60,000 nt of DNA from NCBI RefSeq assembly GCF_963921235.1, contig NC_086097.1:58034001-58094000 (forward strand). The letters are read 5' to 3'. This document shows, piece after piece, positions 13,697 through 26,158 of this stretch. The position numbers were made by a program, and so were the translations under genes. Position 1 is the first letter of the stretch; every line of letters begins with the position of its first letter. A model generated the notes under the pieces. It saw nothing but the letters and a program-made list of their open reading frames with translations, had not been told where the DNA came from and made no database searches. This DNA is from Mobula hypostoma (Eukaryota).

Positions 13697-13924
13697 GACC
13701 TTCACCCAAGCCCTCCTCTCTCCATGGAAGCCAAGGTCACATGGTCTCTCAACTTGCTCACCCGAGGATGATCCCAAAATGCCACATCTCCCAGTTTGCT
13801 GCTCACCACAGGACAAAAGAGGTCACAAATCATTTTATCTGCTGTAATGTTTGAGGAGAAAGTGGCACCTCAGCCAATGAAGTTCACCAGCATTCCTCAG
13901 ATCTCAGATGGCCATGAAATCTTG

Positions 13925-14650
13925 CCATGCACTCAATGCCAGTAAGACCAAGGAATTGATTGTGGACTTCAGGAAGGAGAAATCAGGAGAACACGCAGGA
14001 GGGGTCAGCAGTGGAAAGTGTGAGCAGCTTCAAGTTCATGGGTGACAGCATCTCAGAGGATCTATCCTGGGTCCAATACTTTGATGCAATCATAAAGAAA
14101 GAATGCTAGCATCTCGACTTCATTCACAGTTTGAGGAGACTTGGTATGTCACCAAAGATTCTTGCAAACTTCACTAGATGTACAGTGGAGAGCATTCTAA
14201 CTGGTTGCATCACAGCTTGGTACAGAAGCTCCAATGCACAGAATCATGAGAAGCTGCAGAGGGTTGTAAACTCAGCCAGCCTTATTACAGCCATGGCTCA
14301 CTTCACCATCGAGGACTTCTTCAAGAGGCAGTAACTCAAGAAGGTGGTACTCATCACTAAGGACCCTGACCATCTGGGACATACTCTCTTCTAGTTACCA
14401 GCACCAGGGAGAAGGTACAGGAGGCTGAATAATTCAGGTGCAACAATTCAGAAGCAGTTTCTTCCCCCTTCACCAATAAATTCTGAGCAGCCCATGAACT
14501 TATGAACACTGGCTCATTATTTCATTTCTTTGCACTATTTATGAAACTGGTAACATAGTAATTTCTATGTTTTTGCACTCTACTGCTGAAAAAGAACAAC
14601 AAATTTCATGTCATACAAGTTAGTGATGATAAACTTTGATTTTGATTCTG
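13925..14650 (+). mobile_element. Rex1/Babar-like LINE 3' fragment
   Basis: LNASKTKELIVDFRK and CTVESILTGCITAWY motifs; degenerate (TTCTGA)n tail at about 14635-14650. Confidence 0.85.
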
Positions 14651-15285
14651 CTGGCTTCCCTGCATACAATTGGTCTTTTCCTGACCAAGAAAGGCTTCCA
14701 TTACCTCAATGTGAAAACTTTGTGTATCACCAGACTTTCCTGGTAATCAATACCGTGGTTCTTGGAGGTGCTCATGAGGAGATAGTAACACTTAACATTC
14801 TCAACAGCTAATGCTGTCCCTAGGCGCTGCCTTTGAGGACAAAGAGAAGATAAAACACATACAGAATTACAAGGATACTAGTGGGAAAATGTAAGTCTCT
14901 GTTGCCTGCATCAGTCCAAAGAGCTTTAGCAGTATGCTCCAATCTAATGTGGAGATTTCACTGCTCTGTACTGTTTGTAAACAGTTGGAGGCAGGGGAAG
15001 AGGAAAGGGAGACCTGCAATGTGAGGGTCATGAATCAAAGAGCAGTGTGAAAGAGGCAGACACCAGGGTACCCACTGCTTTTTTCCCCCTCTGAGCTGAG
15101 TGGAAAAAGCAGACCTTGCCCACACAAACTATACAGAGCAGGGGGTAGAGAGAGAAACTTCTCCAGAAGAACCACAAAATCATGTGCTCTGTAAGATAAC
15201 CAAGTAATCCTCTGCATACTCCAATAGTTTAGAATAAGAGAGCGCACGGTAAGACAGTGGAGCCACAGGGCATTTAATAACTTGA

Positions 15286-15522
15286 GGCTGCATGGTAACA
15301 ACGGTTAGTGTAATGTTATCACAGCCCCAGTGATGTAGGTTCAATTCTGCCACTGTCTGTAAGGAGTTTGTACATTATGGCTGCATGGATTTCCTCCGGG
15401 TGTTCCGCTTTCTTCCCACACTCCAAAGATGTTCAAAGGACACATGTGAGTAATTGGGCAGTGCAGACTCATTGGGATAGAAAGGCCTGTTATTGTGATC
15501 TATCTTTAAACAAAATAAAGTA
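15286..15522 (+). mobile_element. tRNA-derived V-SINE
   Basis: B box ggttcaattc; V-domain ggagtttgtac...ggatttcctccgggtgttccgctttcttcccacactccaaaga. Confidence 0.75.
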
Positions 15523-17544
15523 AAATCCTTCACTTTGTTGAATAGATTAATCGCCAATTCAGGTTTCTTTCACTAAATCTATGGTTGTCTCTCGTAGACT
15601 CTCTCTCCCTCATGCCAGCCACACTGTGTTGCTGCTGTTTAGCTACTAGGGTACTGTACCTTTAAGGACTGAAGCCTTTCTCTGATAGATTTACAGCAAA
15701 TTGTTAAAGGATGCATCAGGGACACCTAGTCCATCTAGGAAAAGTGTACGCTTTAGCATATTTTGGATGTAATCCACTTTGGATGTTTCAATTGTCATTT
15801 TGATCAACTTCATGAGAGTTTTTGGCTAATCCTGTTCTGACATTAGCACAAACCTCAACAATATTTTAGTGCAGGCAAATCAAAATAGATGAAACCAAAT
15901 TTCTACACCTCAATGCTTAGACTGTACTCTCTTTTCAACAACTTATTTACTAATGTACTGAATTGATTGTCAGCATAGCAACACCACAGGATAATTCACC
16001 AATAATCACTCAGCTGAAAGCTACATCTGGACAATGTTCCTGAAGCCATCAACACAGGTTTAACCGTGCTTAATCTGTGTGCATCACCTGAAGCTCACAC
16101 GGTCTGAGCTCAGTGATTCCAAGCAACAGAGCAACTCACAGCACGCATCAACTTTCAACCCTCCCAATCAATGGCTGTGCTTATCATTCCGAGGGGATTT
16201 TGAAAATAGGCTTGAGTAGACTGCCCTGGGTGATAGATAGAACCTGAGTGAACTAGAGCAGATGGTGGGAGCAGAGAAGCAGCTCTGATGACCAGTTCAC
16301 ATCTATTATTAGTGGATGAAAATAGGGATTCCGTCCTCAGGGAGTTTGCTTTTAAAAGAAGAATGCTTACTGAGCATGAAAGATTTGCAGCTATTAGACT
16401 CCATGCCAATCAATCTTCAACAGGTGGTGACTCGTGTGGTGGAGTCCATTACAGTATTGATGCACAGAATCAAAGCCTTGAAGTCGACCTTGGAACATAT
16501 GGTAAATCCAGAGACATCTGCAATGAAGTCCCCAGTTGAAACGGTTCAAATGCCACTAATACCCTCTTCTTTGAATGGAGCTCCTGCCTGAGCAACTTCA
16601 GGGCAGTACTATATGCAAAAATTTAGCAGACTGTGAAAATAGCAAACACTGGCAATTTCAAAAAGGATCTAGGCATATTCTTATCAGTAGATGAAATCAT
16701 AGTCATTAGAATGCATCAAGGGGATAATTGTGGGTAAGTGGGCAGATGGACTGAAGGACATCTCCTCCTGCGAACTCTCGCAATATTATGTAAGTTTGGG
16801 AGATCGAATTTACATGGACTCAGAAACGAATACCTGGAAAGATAAAGCTATACAAGCCAGAAGCTCTCAATTAACAATCCAGACCAGGACGCCACATTCA
16901 GCATCATTGTGGTACTGAAGAGGTAAAGCACCACACAAGGCTCCTTTTCCTGATACAGGTTGAGTATCCATTTATCTAAAAATCTGAAGTCTGAAACTTT
17001 TTCAAAAAAGGCACAGCATTAAATTTTAAAGATTTATGATGAAAAAGCGCCTGCTGATCACAAAACAGCAGAGCAATTCATTGATGAGTTTGCTAAGATC
17101 ATCACAGATGAAAATCTAACACTGGAACAAGTCTACGACACTGACTGTAACCTAACACCTAAAAAAAGTAAAATACAAATACAGTGTACTGTAGCCTTTT
17201 AATCGAAATGCGACATTATAGGTGGAGACTGAAAGCTTGCCATTGTTTGTTTGTTGTTCAACAGCTAAATCCGATGCCGCTATGCTGCTTTTGTCACCCT
17301 GCACACATTATATTAATAGTATGTAGTCATTTTTACTGTGAAGTACAAATGCGTGATGAACAAGTGTAAGACAAAGTCTGCTTACCAGTAACACATAAAT
17401 TCAGAGTCAGAAATGATGGCGATCCCAAGCTATATATTCCAATACGTAAACATAAGGGAATCTGCAGATGCTGGAAATTCAAGCAACACATACAAAATGC
17501 TGGTGGAACGCAGCAGGCCAGACAGCATCCATAGGAAGAATCAT

Positions 17545-17580
17545 AGTCGACGTTTTGGGCCGAGACCCTTCGACAGGACT
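17545..17580 (-). ncRNA. Hammerhead motif with a mutated core
   Basis: Reverse complement reads agtc-CTGTCGA-agggtctcggccc-AAAACGTC-gact. Confidence 0.5.
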
Positions 17581-17626
17581 AACTGAAAACAGGACTAACT
17601 GGGTAAGTGGGCAGATGCTTTCAGCT

Positions 17627-17663
17627 AGTCCTGACGAGGGGTCTCGGCCTGAAACGTCGACTG
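17627..17663 (+). ncRNA. Minimal hammerhead ribozyme motif, intact core
   Basis: agtc-CTGACGA-ggggtctcggcct-GAAAC-GTC-gactg; stem I is AGUC/GACU. Confidence 0.75.
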
Positions 17664-18141
17664 TGCTTCTTCCTATGGATGCTGTCCGGCCTGCTGCGTT
17701 CCACCAACATTTTGTGTGTGTTGCTTATATATTCCAATAGTATATTGAAAAATCCCCAAAATATCAGAATTCAAAGTTTCAAAGGTTGAAAGGCTCATTT
17801 ATTATCAAAGTATACAACTCAGAAATTCTTCTTCTCCAGATTGCCATGAAACCAAGAAAGAAAAAAACGGCAGCACGATCATCAACCGCCAAATCCCCCC
17901 TCCTGCATAAAAAAAAGAACAAAAGTAGAACAGGCACATCAACCCCAAAATTCCCCTCCTCCACACACAAAACAAACAAGAAAGATGAGACAAAAAACAG
18001 AATATAAAAAACTATAAGACTAAAAAAAAGTCTGTAGTCCAAGTCCTTATCCAAAACGCAGACAGCCTGAATAACATTCTCCAGACACAGCAGCAGGCTT
18101 TCCTGTCTCCAGCAACAGAGCATTCCAGCAGCAGTCAAAAG

Positions 18142-21100
18142 TGATCATTAATGCTGCCCTCAACCACATCTCTTCCACTTCACGCTTGCCTGCTCTTACC
18201 CCATCCTCTCGCCACGCTACCAGGGTTGGGGTTCCTCTTGTCCTCACCTACCACACCACTAGCTTTTGTGTCCAGCTCATAATTCCCTGAAACTTTCGCC
18301 ACCTCCAACTGGATCCCACCACCAAATACATCTCTCCCTCCCACACACTTGTCTGCTTTCCGCAGAGATCGCTCCCTATGCGACTCCCATGTCCATTCGT
18401 CCCTCCCCACTGATCTCCTCCCTGGCACTTATCCTTGCAAGCAGAACAAGTGCTACACCTGCCCCTACATCACTCCCTCACTACCATTCAGGGCCCCAAA
18501 CAGTCCTTCCAGGTGAGGCGACACTTCACCTGTGGGTCTGTTGGGGTCATCTACTGTTCGGTGTTCCTGGTGTGGCCACTTGTATATTGGTGAGACCCGA
18601 TGTAGATTGAGAGACCGCTTCACCGAGCGTCTATGCTCCGTATGCCAGAACAAGTGGGATCTCCCAGTGGCCAGCCATTTTAATTCCACTTCCCATTTCC
18701 ATTCCGATAAGTCCATCCACGGCCTTCACCACTGTTGGGATAAGGTCACACTTAGGTTGGAGGAACAACACCATATATTCTGTTTGGGCAGTTTCCAACC
18801 TGATGGCGTGAACATATTTCAATGCGAGGAGTATTATGAATAAAGCGGATGAGCTTAAAGTGTGGATCAGCACTTGGATGATGTTGTAGACATTTCAGAG
18901 ACTTGGATGGTGCAGGGACAGGAATGGCTACTTCAAGTGTCAGGCTTTAGATGTTTCAGAAAGGATAAGGAGGGAGGCAAAAGAGGTGCGGGCATGGCAC
19001 TGTTGATCAGAGATAGTGTCACGGCTGCAGAAAAGGAGGAAGTCACAGAGGGGTTGTCTACGGAATCCCTGTGGGTAGAAGTTAGGAATAGGAAGGGATC
19101 TATAACTCTGCTGGGTGTTTTTTATAGTAACAGGGATATTGAGGAGCAGATAGGGAGACAGATTCCGGAAAGGAGTAATAATGACAGGGTTGTCGTGGAG
19201 GCAGATTTTAATTTTCCAAATATTGATTGGCATCTCCCTGGAGTGAGGGGTTTAGATGGGGTGGAGTTTGTTAGGTGTGTTCAGGAAGGCTTCCTGACAC
19301 AATATGTAGATAAGCCTACAAGAGGAGAGGCTGTACTTGATCTGGTATTGGGAAATGAACCTGGTCAGGTGTCAGGTCTCTCAGCGGGAAAGCATTTTGG
19401 AGATAGTGATCACAATTCTACCTCCTTTACCATAGCATTGGAGAGGGATAGGAACAGACATGTTAGGGAAACGTTTAATTGGAGTAAAAGGAATATGAGG
19501 CTATCAGGCAGGAACTTGGAAACATAAATTGGAAACAGATGTTCTCAGGGAAACGTATGGAAGAAATGTGGCAAATGTTCAGGGGATATCTGTGTGGTGT
19601 TCTGAGTAGGTACGTTCCAAAGAGACATGGAAAGAAAGGTAGGGTACAAGATCCGTGGTGTACAAAGGCTGTTGTAAGTCTAGTCAAGAAGAAAAGAAGA
19701 GCTCATGAAAGGTTCAAAAAACTAGGTAATGATAGGAATCTAGAAGATTATAAGGCTAGCAGGAAGGAGCTTAAGAATGAAATTAGGAGAGCCAGAGGGG
19801 CCATGAGAAGGCCTTGGTGGACAGGATTAAGGAAAACCCCAAAGCGTTCTACAACTATGTGAAGAGCAAGAGGATAAGAAATGAGAGAATGGGACTAATC
19901 AAGTGTGACAGTGGAAAAGTGTGATTGGAACCAAAAGAAATAGCTGGGGTAATTAATGGATACTTTGCTTCAGTATTCACTACGGAAAAGGATCTTGGCT
20001 ATTGTAGGGATGACTTGCAGTGGACTGAAAAGCTTGAGCATGTAGACTTTAAGGAAGAGAATGTGCTGGAGCTTTTGGAAAGCATCAAGTTGGATAAGTC
20101 GCCGGGACCGGATGAAGTGTACCCCAGGCTAGTGTGAGAGGCGGGGGAGGAGATTTCTGAGCCTCTGGTGATGATCTTTGCATCATCAGTGGGGACGGGA
20201 GAGGTTCTGGAGGATTGGAGGGTTGCAGATGTTGTTCCCTTATTCAAGAAAGGCAGTAGGGATAGCCCAGGAAACTACAGACCAGTGAGTCTTACTTCAA
20301 TGGTTGGTAAGTTGATGGAGAAAATCCTGAAAGGCAGGATTTATGAACATTTGGAGAGGCATAATATGATTAGAAATAGTCAGCATGGCTTTGTCAAGGG
20401 CAGGTCATGCCTTATGAGCCTGATTGAATTTTTTGAGGATGTGACTAAACACATTGATGAAGGTAGAGCCGTAGATGTAGTGTATATAGATTTTAGCAAG
20501 GCATTTGATGAGGCTTATTGAGAAAGTATGGAAGCATGGGATCCAAGGGGACATTGCTTTGTGGATCCAGAACTGGCTTGTCAACAGAAGGCAAAAAGTA
20601 GTTGTAGACGGGTCATATTCTGCATGGAGGCTGGTGACAAGTGGTGTGCCTCAGGGATCTGTTCTGGGACCTCTACTCTTTGTGATTTTTAGAAATGACC
20701 TGGATGAGTAAGTGGAGGGATGGGTTAGTAAATTTGCTGATGACGCAAAGGTTGGGGGTGTTGTGGATATTGTGGAGGGCTGTCAGAGGTTACAATGGGA
20801 CATTGATAGGATGCAAAACTGGGCTGAAAAGTGGCAAATAGAGTTTAACCCAGATAAGTGTAAGGTGGTTCATTTTGGTAGGTCAAGTATGATGGCAGAA
20901 TATAGCATTACTGGTGAGACTCTTGGTAGTGTGGAGGATCAGAGGGATCTTGGGCTCCAAGTCCATAGGACACTCAAAGCTGCCAGACAGGTTGACTCTG
21001 TGGTTAAGAAGGCATACGGTGCATTGGCCTTCATCAGTCGTGGGATTGAGTTTAAGACCCGAGAGGTAATGTTGCAGCTATATAGGACCCTGGTCAGATC

Positions 21101-21994
21101 CCACTTGGAGTACTGTGCTCAGTTCTGGTTGCCTCACTACAGGAAGGACGTGGAAACCATAGAAAGGGTGCAGGGGAGATTTACAAGGATGTTGCCTGGA
21201 TTGGGGAGCATGCCTTATGAGAATAGGTTGAGTGAACTCGGCCTTTTCTCCTTGAAGCGTCAGAGGATGAGAGGTGACCTGGTAGAGGTGTACAAGATAA
21301 TGAGAGGCATTGATCATGTGGATAGTCAGAGGCTTTTCCCCAGGGCTGAAATGGCTAGCACGAGAGGCCATAGTTTTAAGGTGCTTAGAAGTAGGTACAG
21401 AGGAGATGTCAGGGGTAAGGTTTTTATGCAGAGAGTGGTGAGTGCGTGGAACGGGCTGCCGGAGGTGTCGGTGGAGGCAGAAATGATAGGGTTTTTTAAA
21501 GGAGTCCTAGATGGCTACAAGGAGCTTAGAAAAATAGAGGGCTATGGGTAAAGCCTAGGTAGTTCTAAGGTAGGGATATGTTCGACATGTGGGCTGAAGG
21601 GCCTGTTTTATACTGTAGGTTTTCGATGTTTCTATCAATTTCTCAAACTTCCGGTGATGACTCCACCCACCCCCCCTCCCTCACCATTTCCCATCCCCTT
21701 GTCCATCTCTCGTGTTATCTTCTGGTCTGCCCATCGCCTCCACCCCACTTTTTTCTTTCTTCCATGGCCTTCTGTCTCTTTCACCAATCAACTAGCTCTT
21801 CACTTCATCCCTCACCCCTCCAAGTTTCACCTATCCATGTCATTTCTCTGTCCCATCCCTCCACCTTTCAAATCTGCTTCTCAGCTTTTTTTCTCCAGTC
21901 CTGCCAAAGGGTTTTGTCCTGAAATGTCGACTGTTCTTTTTTCCATAGATGCTGCCTGGCCTGCTGAGTTCCTCCAGCATTTTGTGTGTGTTGC
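18142..21994 (+). mobile_element. 5'-truncated Penelope-like element, split by a CR1
   Basis: GIY-YIG remnant LYIGETRCRLRDRFTE. The sequence resumes after the CR1 at 21636 (caatttctcaaacttccgg) and ends in the terminal repeat. Flanked by agcagtcaaaag and agcaatcaaaag. Confidence 0.88.
18815..21635 (+). mobile_element. CR1 LINE covering nearly all of ORF2
   Basis: [41 protein letters not shown] and KFADD motifs; tail tttcgatgtttctat. Confidence 0.95.
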
Positions 21995-22860
21995 AGCAAT
22001 CAAAAGGTAGCCTCCCCTCCCCGGCAGCAGAGTGATCTCACCAGCCATCAAAAGGCCGTCTCCCCTGTCTGGCAGCAGAGCGATCCCACTAGCGATCAAA
22101 GGGCAGGCCGCTGGTGCTCACTTTTTGCATTTGCTTCAATGTTTCAATCTCCCTCATCACTTTAATTGGTGAAATGGTGTCGAACATCGGCTTGAACCCC
22201 GTCCCGAAGCCTTCTCTCCACGAGATTCACACACGCTGCCTATGACCCCTGGAATCCTCTTGGAGACTGCAGAGTGGTGAAACACCCCAACAATCTCCAA
22301 ACTGCAGATCTCAGGCTCTAACAGTTCCTGAATCACATACAAGATGAAAAACAAATGTAAAAGAAATAAAAGAAATGAAATACACATGAAATAGGATTTC
22401 ATGGTCTATCCAGAAGATGTCGATTGTGGGAAAGTTGAAATGCGGGTGCCATCTTGACCGGAAGTCAATTCTATTCTGAAACTCTTCTGGCCTCAAGCAT
22501 TTTTGATAAGGGATGCTCAACTTGTACCAGTAATTTCTTGTAGAAAATAAATTAATATACGTGTGAAGTGACAACAGAATTGGGCTCAGCGGAGAATATT
22601 CTTTGTAGTGAAGTAATATATCTGCACAGCATCTGCTTGGATACTCCAGTGAAGATCAGAGTCAGTAATGGACTATCCAATATGAAGTCCAACTGAGGCC
22701 ATACCTCTAATCCATTGTGTATGCAGACAATTTACAAGATTCTTCAGCACTGCTGCGTAACCATCTCTGGTGATCTAGAATGTTTGTAATAATTCAACCA
22801 AAATCATAAGAACATATTCCTGTATCATTACTGTTAGCAGAAACTTCCTGCCGAAATTGG

Positions 22861-22993
22861 TCCTGACGAAGTGTCTCGGCCTGAAACGTCGACTGCACCT
22901 CTTCCTACAGATGCTGCCTGGCCTGCTGCGTTCACCAGCAACTTTGATGTGTGTTGCTTGAATTTCCAGCATCTGCAGAATTCCTGTTGTTTG
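22861..22993 (+). mobile_element. Isolated 133-bp Penelope terminal repeat with a hammerhead motif (22860-22895)
   Basis: Near identical to 4775-4907. 12-bp TSD tgccgaaattgg / tgctgaaattgg (22849-22860 and 22994-23005). Core CTGACGA...GAAACGTC-gactg. Confidence 0.9.
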
Positions 22994-23558
22994 TGCTGAA
23001 ATTGGCTAGTGAATTTGCTACATTATGAAAGTAAACACACTTTTGAAGAATTAACTGGCTCTCCAAAGTTAATTCATATACTATTTAGTACTTGTTCTTC
23101 CAGCACTTCCTTTGAAGAAAGAATTTTAGTATAGGGTCAAGTTCTGTGTGGCAGAGAGGGGGAAGAGCTTGGGGCATGATGAACAGTGAATATGACATTT
23201 GGAAGCAGTTGAGGAAGGAAGATGGAACAAGGGGAAGGAAACTTCTGCTCTGTAGCTTGTAGAGCCTGTTCTAGCTGGTCTATAAGTTGTATTCCAAAAG
23301 GCATTTATCTCATTGATCCACTACTGCTACAGGGGTTTTCCATCGTTTTCAGTACTTCGTCCCTGCATCCTTCTATCAAATATTAACAATTTACATCTGA
23401 ACATTAGAGTAATGATAGGAAGGCTAATAAATGAGGCAAAAAGACGAGCATAGATGGTCTGGAGGAAGATGTAGATGTCTGGTCATTTGGGCAGTAAAAT
23501 GGCTTGTGAATTAATGAGGGAATGCATTTAGATGCAACGAGAGAATAAATGTGAGACC

Positions 23559-24087
23559 TGTTGGATATTTAATATTTCAGTAATGTTTGAATAATTTTGT
23601 AAATATATTGTTTGATTAGGCATACTTGGATGTTTATGTAATTCATTACAGGTTATATATATATAAATACATGAATGGCTTATGTCATCATGCAACCACA
23701 TCATATGTCTGCCCCTCACCAAAGGTAAAGAATGAAGAAAACACGTTTACTCCTGGCTCCATGTTTTCTTTCGACTAGTTCTATGTTTCGGAGTTCAAAA
23801 CATAACAGTGACAACGTGAAAGTTTTAAAATGAACCTAAGACACCTACCTACCTTTCAAAGCACAGCAAGACATTCAAATTCTTAAAAAAGAGCAGCACG
23901 TAATCTTCCCAAGAGGAGAGAAATATTCAAGTTAAAAGAAGACAGGAAATGGATGAAATTTATGGGTTCATAAACAGTGAGTAGTGGGAGTTAATATTAA
24001 TAAATTATAAAAAATCAGAAATGGTTGGCTGCATTGGAAAAGTTAGCCATGTTCAATCGCACAACAGATGACTGGATAATTCATATG
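23559..24087 (+). mobile_element. Gypsy family A 5' LTR (23559-23807), degenerate PBS and start of gag
   Basis: 249-bp TG...CA LTR, followed by gtgacaacg (PBS-like) and ATG GTT GGC TGC ATT GGA AAA at 24021, resembling the gag start at about 2010. Confidence 0.8.
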
Positions 24088-24476
24088 ATAAGCCTTTCAA
24101 TCCTGGGATCATGTTCGTGAATCTCCTTTAAAACCTCTCCAATGTCAGCACATTCTTTCTTAGATAAGGCCCAAAACTGCTCACAATACTCCAAGTGAGG
24201 ACTCGCCAGTGCCTTGCAAAGCCTCAGCATTACATTTTTGTTTTTATATTCTAGTTATCTTAAAATGAATGTTAAGATTGTATTTGTCTTCATTACCACC
24301 AACTCAATCTACACTTACACCTTCAGTAAATACTGCACCAAGTCCCTTTGCACTGCAGATCTTTGAATTTCCTCCCCATTCAGAAAATAGTCGATACTTT
24401 TATTCCTTCTACCAAAGTGCATGTCCATCTACAGTCCTTCCACAGGCTCCCTGCTTTGTCAACACTACCTGCTCCT

Positions 24477-25257
24477 TGGAAAATGCATGGTCATGCACTT
24501 TGGTAGTAGAAATGAATGTGCGGACTATTTTCTAAACGGGGAGAAATTCCAGGAACCTGAGATGCAGAGGGACTTGTGCAGAACACCCTGAAGGTTAAAT
24601 TGTAGATTGAGTCATTGGTGAGGAAGGCAAATACCATGTCAGCATTCATTTCAAGAGGTCTAGAATACAAGAGCAAGGATGTGATGCTGAAGCTTTATAA
24701 GGCACTGCTGAGGCCTCACCTTGAGTATTGGGAACAGTTTTGGGCTCCTCATCTTAGAAAAGATGTGCTGGCATTGGAGAGGCTCCAGAGGAGGTTCACA
24801 AGGATGATTCCAGGAATGAAAGGGTTATCATATGAGGAAAGTTTGATGGCTCTGGTTCTGTACTTGCTGGAACTCAGAAGGATGAGGGGAGATCTCATTG
24901 AAACCTTTCAAATGTTGAAAGGCCTAGAAAGAGTAGATGTGGAAAGGATGTTTCCCATAGTGGAAGAGTCTAGGACAAGAGGGCACAGCCTCAGAATAGA
25001 GGGGTGCCCTTTCAAAGCAGAGATGCAGAGCCAAAGGGTGGTGAATTTGTGGAATTTGTTGCCACATGCAGCTGTGGAGGCCAGGTCGTTGGGTGTATTT
25101 AAGGCAGAGATTGGACATGGCATCAAATGTTATGAGGAGAAGGCCGGGAACTGGGGTTGAGAAGGAGATTAAAAAAAAAGGATCAGCCATGATTGAATGG
25201 TGGAGCAGACTCGATGGACCAGATGCCCTAATTCTGCTCCTATGTCTTATGGTCTTA
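24477..25257 (+). mobile_element. CR1 3' fragment inserted antisense into another CR1
   Basis: RPHLEYWEQFW motif, tail cttatggtctta, TSD tgctcct (24470-24476 and 25258-25264). Confidence 0.9.
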
Positions 25258-26158
25258 TGCTCCTCCAGCTATCTTTGTATCGTCTACAAAGCCATCAAAT
25301 TCTGTCATCCAAAACATTGACAAATATCGTAAAGGGAAGTGAACCCAATGCCAACCCTGTGGAACACCACTAGTCATTGGCAGCCAATCAGAAAAGGCTC
25401 CCATTATTCCCATACTTTGCCTCCTGTCAATCAGCCAGTCCTCTATCCAGGATAGTATCCTTCCTGTAATACCATAGGCTTTTATATTACTGAGCAGCTT
25501 CACGTGTGGCAAGTTGTCTAAGGCCTTTTTGAAAATCCAATTGCAAAATATCCACCGATTCTCTTTCGTCCATCCTTCTTGCTATTTCCTCATAGAATTC
25601 CAATAGATTTATCAGGCAAGATTTTCCCTTCAGTAAACCATGCTGATTTTGGCCTGTTTCATCATGTGCTTCCAAGTATCCTGACACCTCATCCCTAACA
25701 ATGGATGTCAACATCTTCCCAAGCATTAAGGTCAGACTAACTGGCCTATAATTTCCTTTCTTCTGCCTTCCAACCTTCTTGAAGAGTGGAGAGACCTTGC
25801 AATTTTGAAATCCTCCAGAACCATCCCAGAATCTAGTGATTCTTGAAAGATCATTACTAATACCTCCACAATCTCTTCAGCTACCTCTTTCAGAATCCTT
25901 GGATGTAATTCATCTGGTCCTGGTGACTTATTTACCTTCAGACCTTTCAGCTTCCCAAGCAACTTCCCCCTAGTAATAGCAAGTGCACTCACTTCTGACT
26001 CCTGATGCTCTTGAACTTCCAGCATACTGCTAGTATCATCCACAGTGAAGACTGATGCAAAATACTTATTCAGTTCATCCACCATTTCCTTGTCCCTCAT
26101 TATTATCTCTGCAGCATCATTTTCCAGTGGTTCGATATCAACTCCCACATCTCTTTTA

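Larger units (their letters stand above)
17445..17725. mobile_element. Palindromic non-autonomous Penelope derivative (two inverted terminal repeats)
   Basis: Minus arm at about 17448-17589 and plus arm at about 17618-17725; perfect 14-bp TSD tatatattccaata (17431-17444 and 17726-17739). Confidence 0.9.
17773..22466 (-). mobile_element. Non-coding SINE-like retroposon, split by a Penelope insertion
   Basis: Minus-strand 5' end gacttccggtcaagatggc; 3' AATAAA plus (CCTTTGAA)n tail at 17773-17805; internal ~50-bp tandem repeats; flanked by aattc (17768 and 22467). Confidence 0.65.
16956..22524 (+). mobile_element. Tigger4-like pogo DNA transposon (internally deleted) hosting nested insertions
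   Basis: TA-caggttgagtatcc at the left end and ggatgctcaacttg-TA at the right end. Transposase remnant EKAPADHKTAEQFIDEFAKIITDENLTLEQVYD at about 17040-17145. Confidence 0.85.

Noticed and set aside
15286..15355. tRNA gene, also considered at 5795 and 26390-26463
   Set aside because: These are SINE heads; no complete cloverleaf is present.
16288..16539. QNQSLEVDLG resembles a discoidin (F5/8 type C) domain motif
   Set aside because: The conserved Trp residues are absent and no fitting splice sites were found; probably chance.
21995..22105. Spaced ~50-bp repeats as a CRISPR-like array
   Set aside because: Degenerate tandem repeats inside a retroposon, with no unique spacers and no cas genes, in a eukaryotic context.
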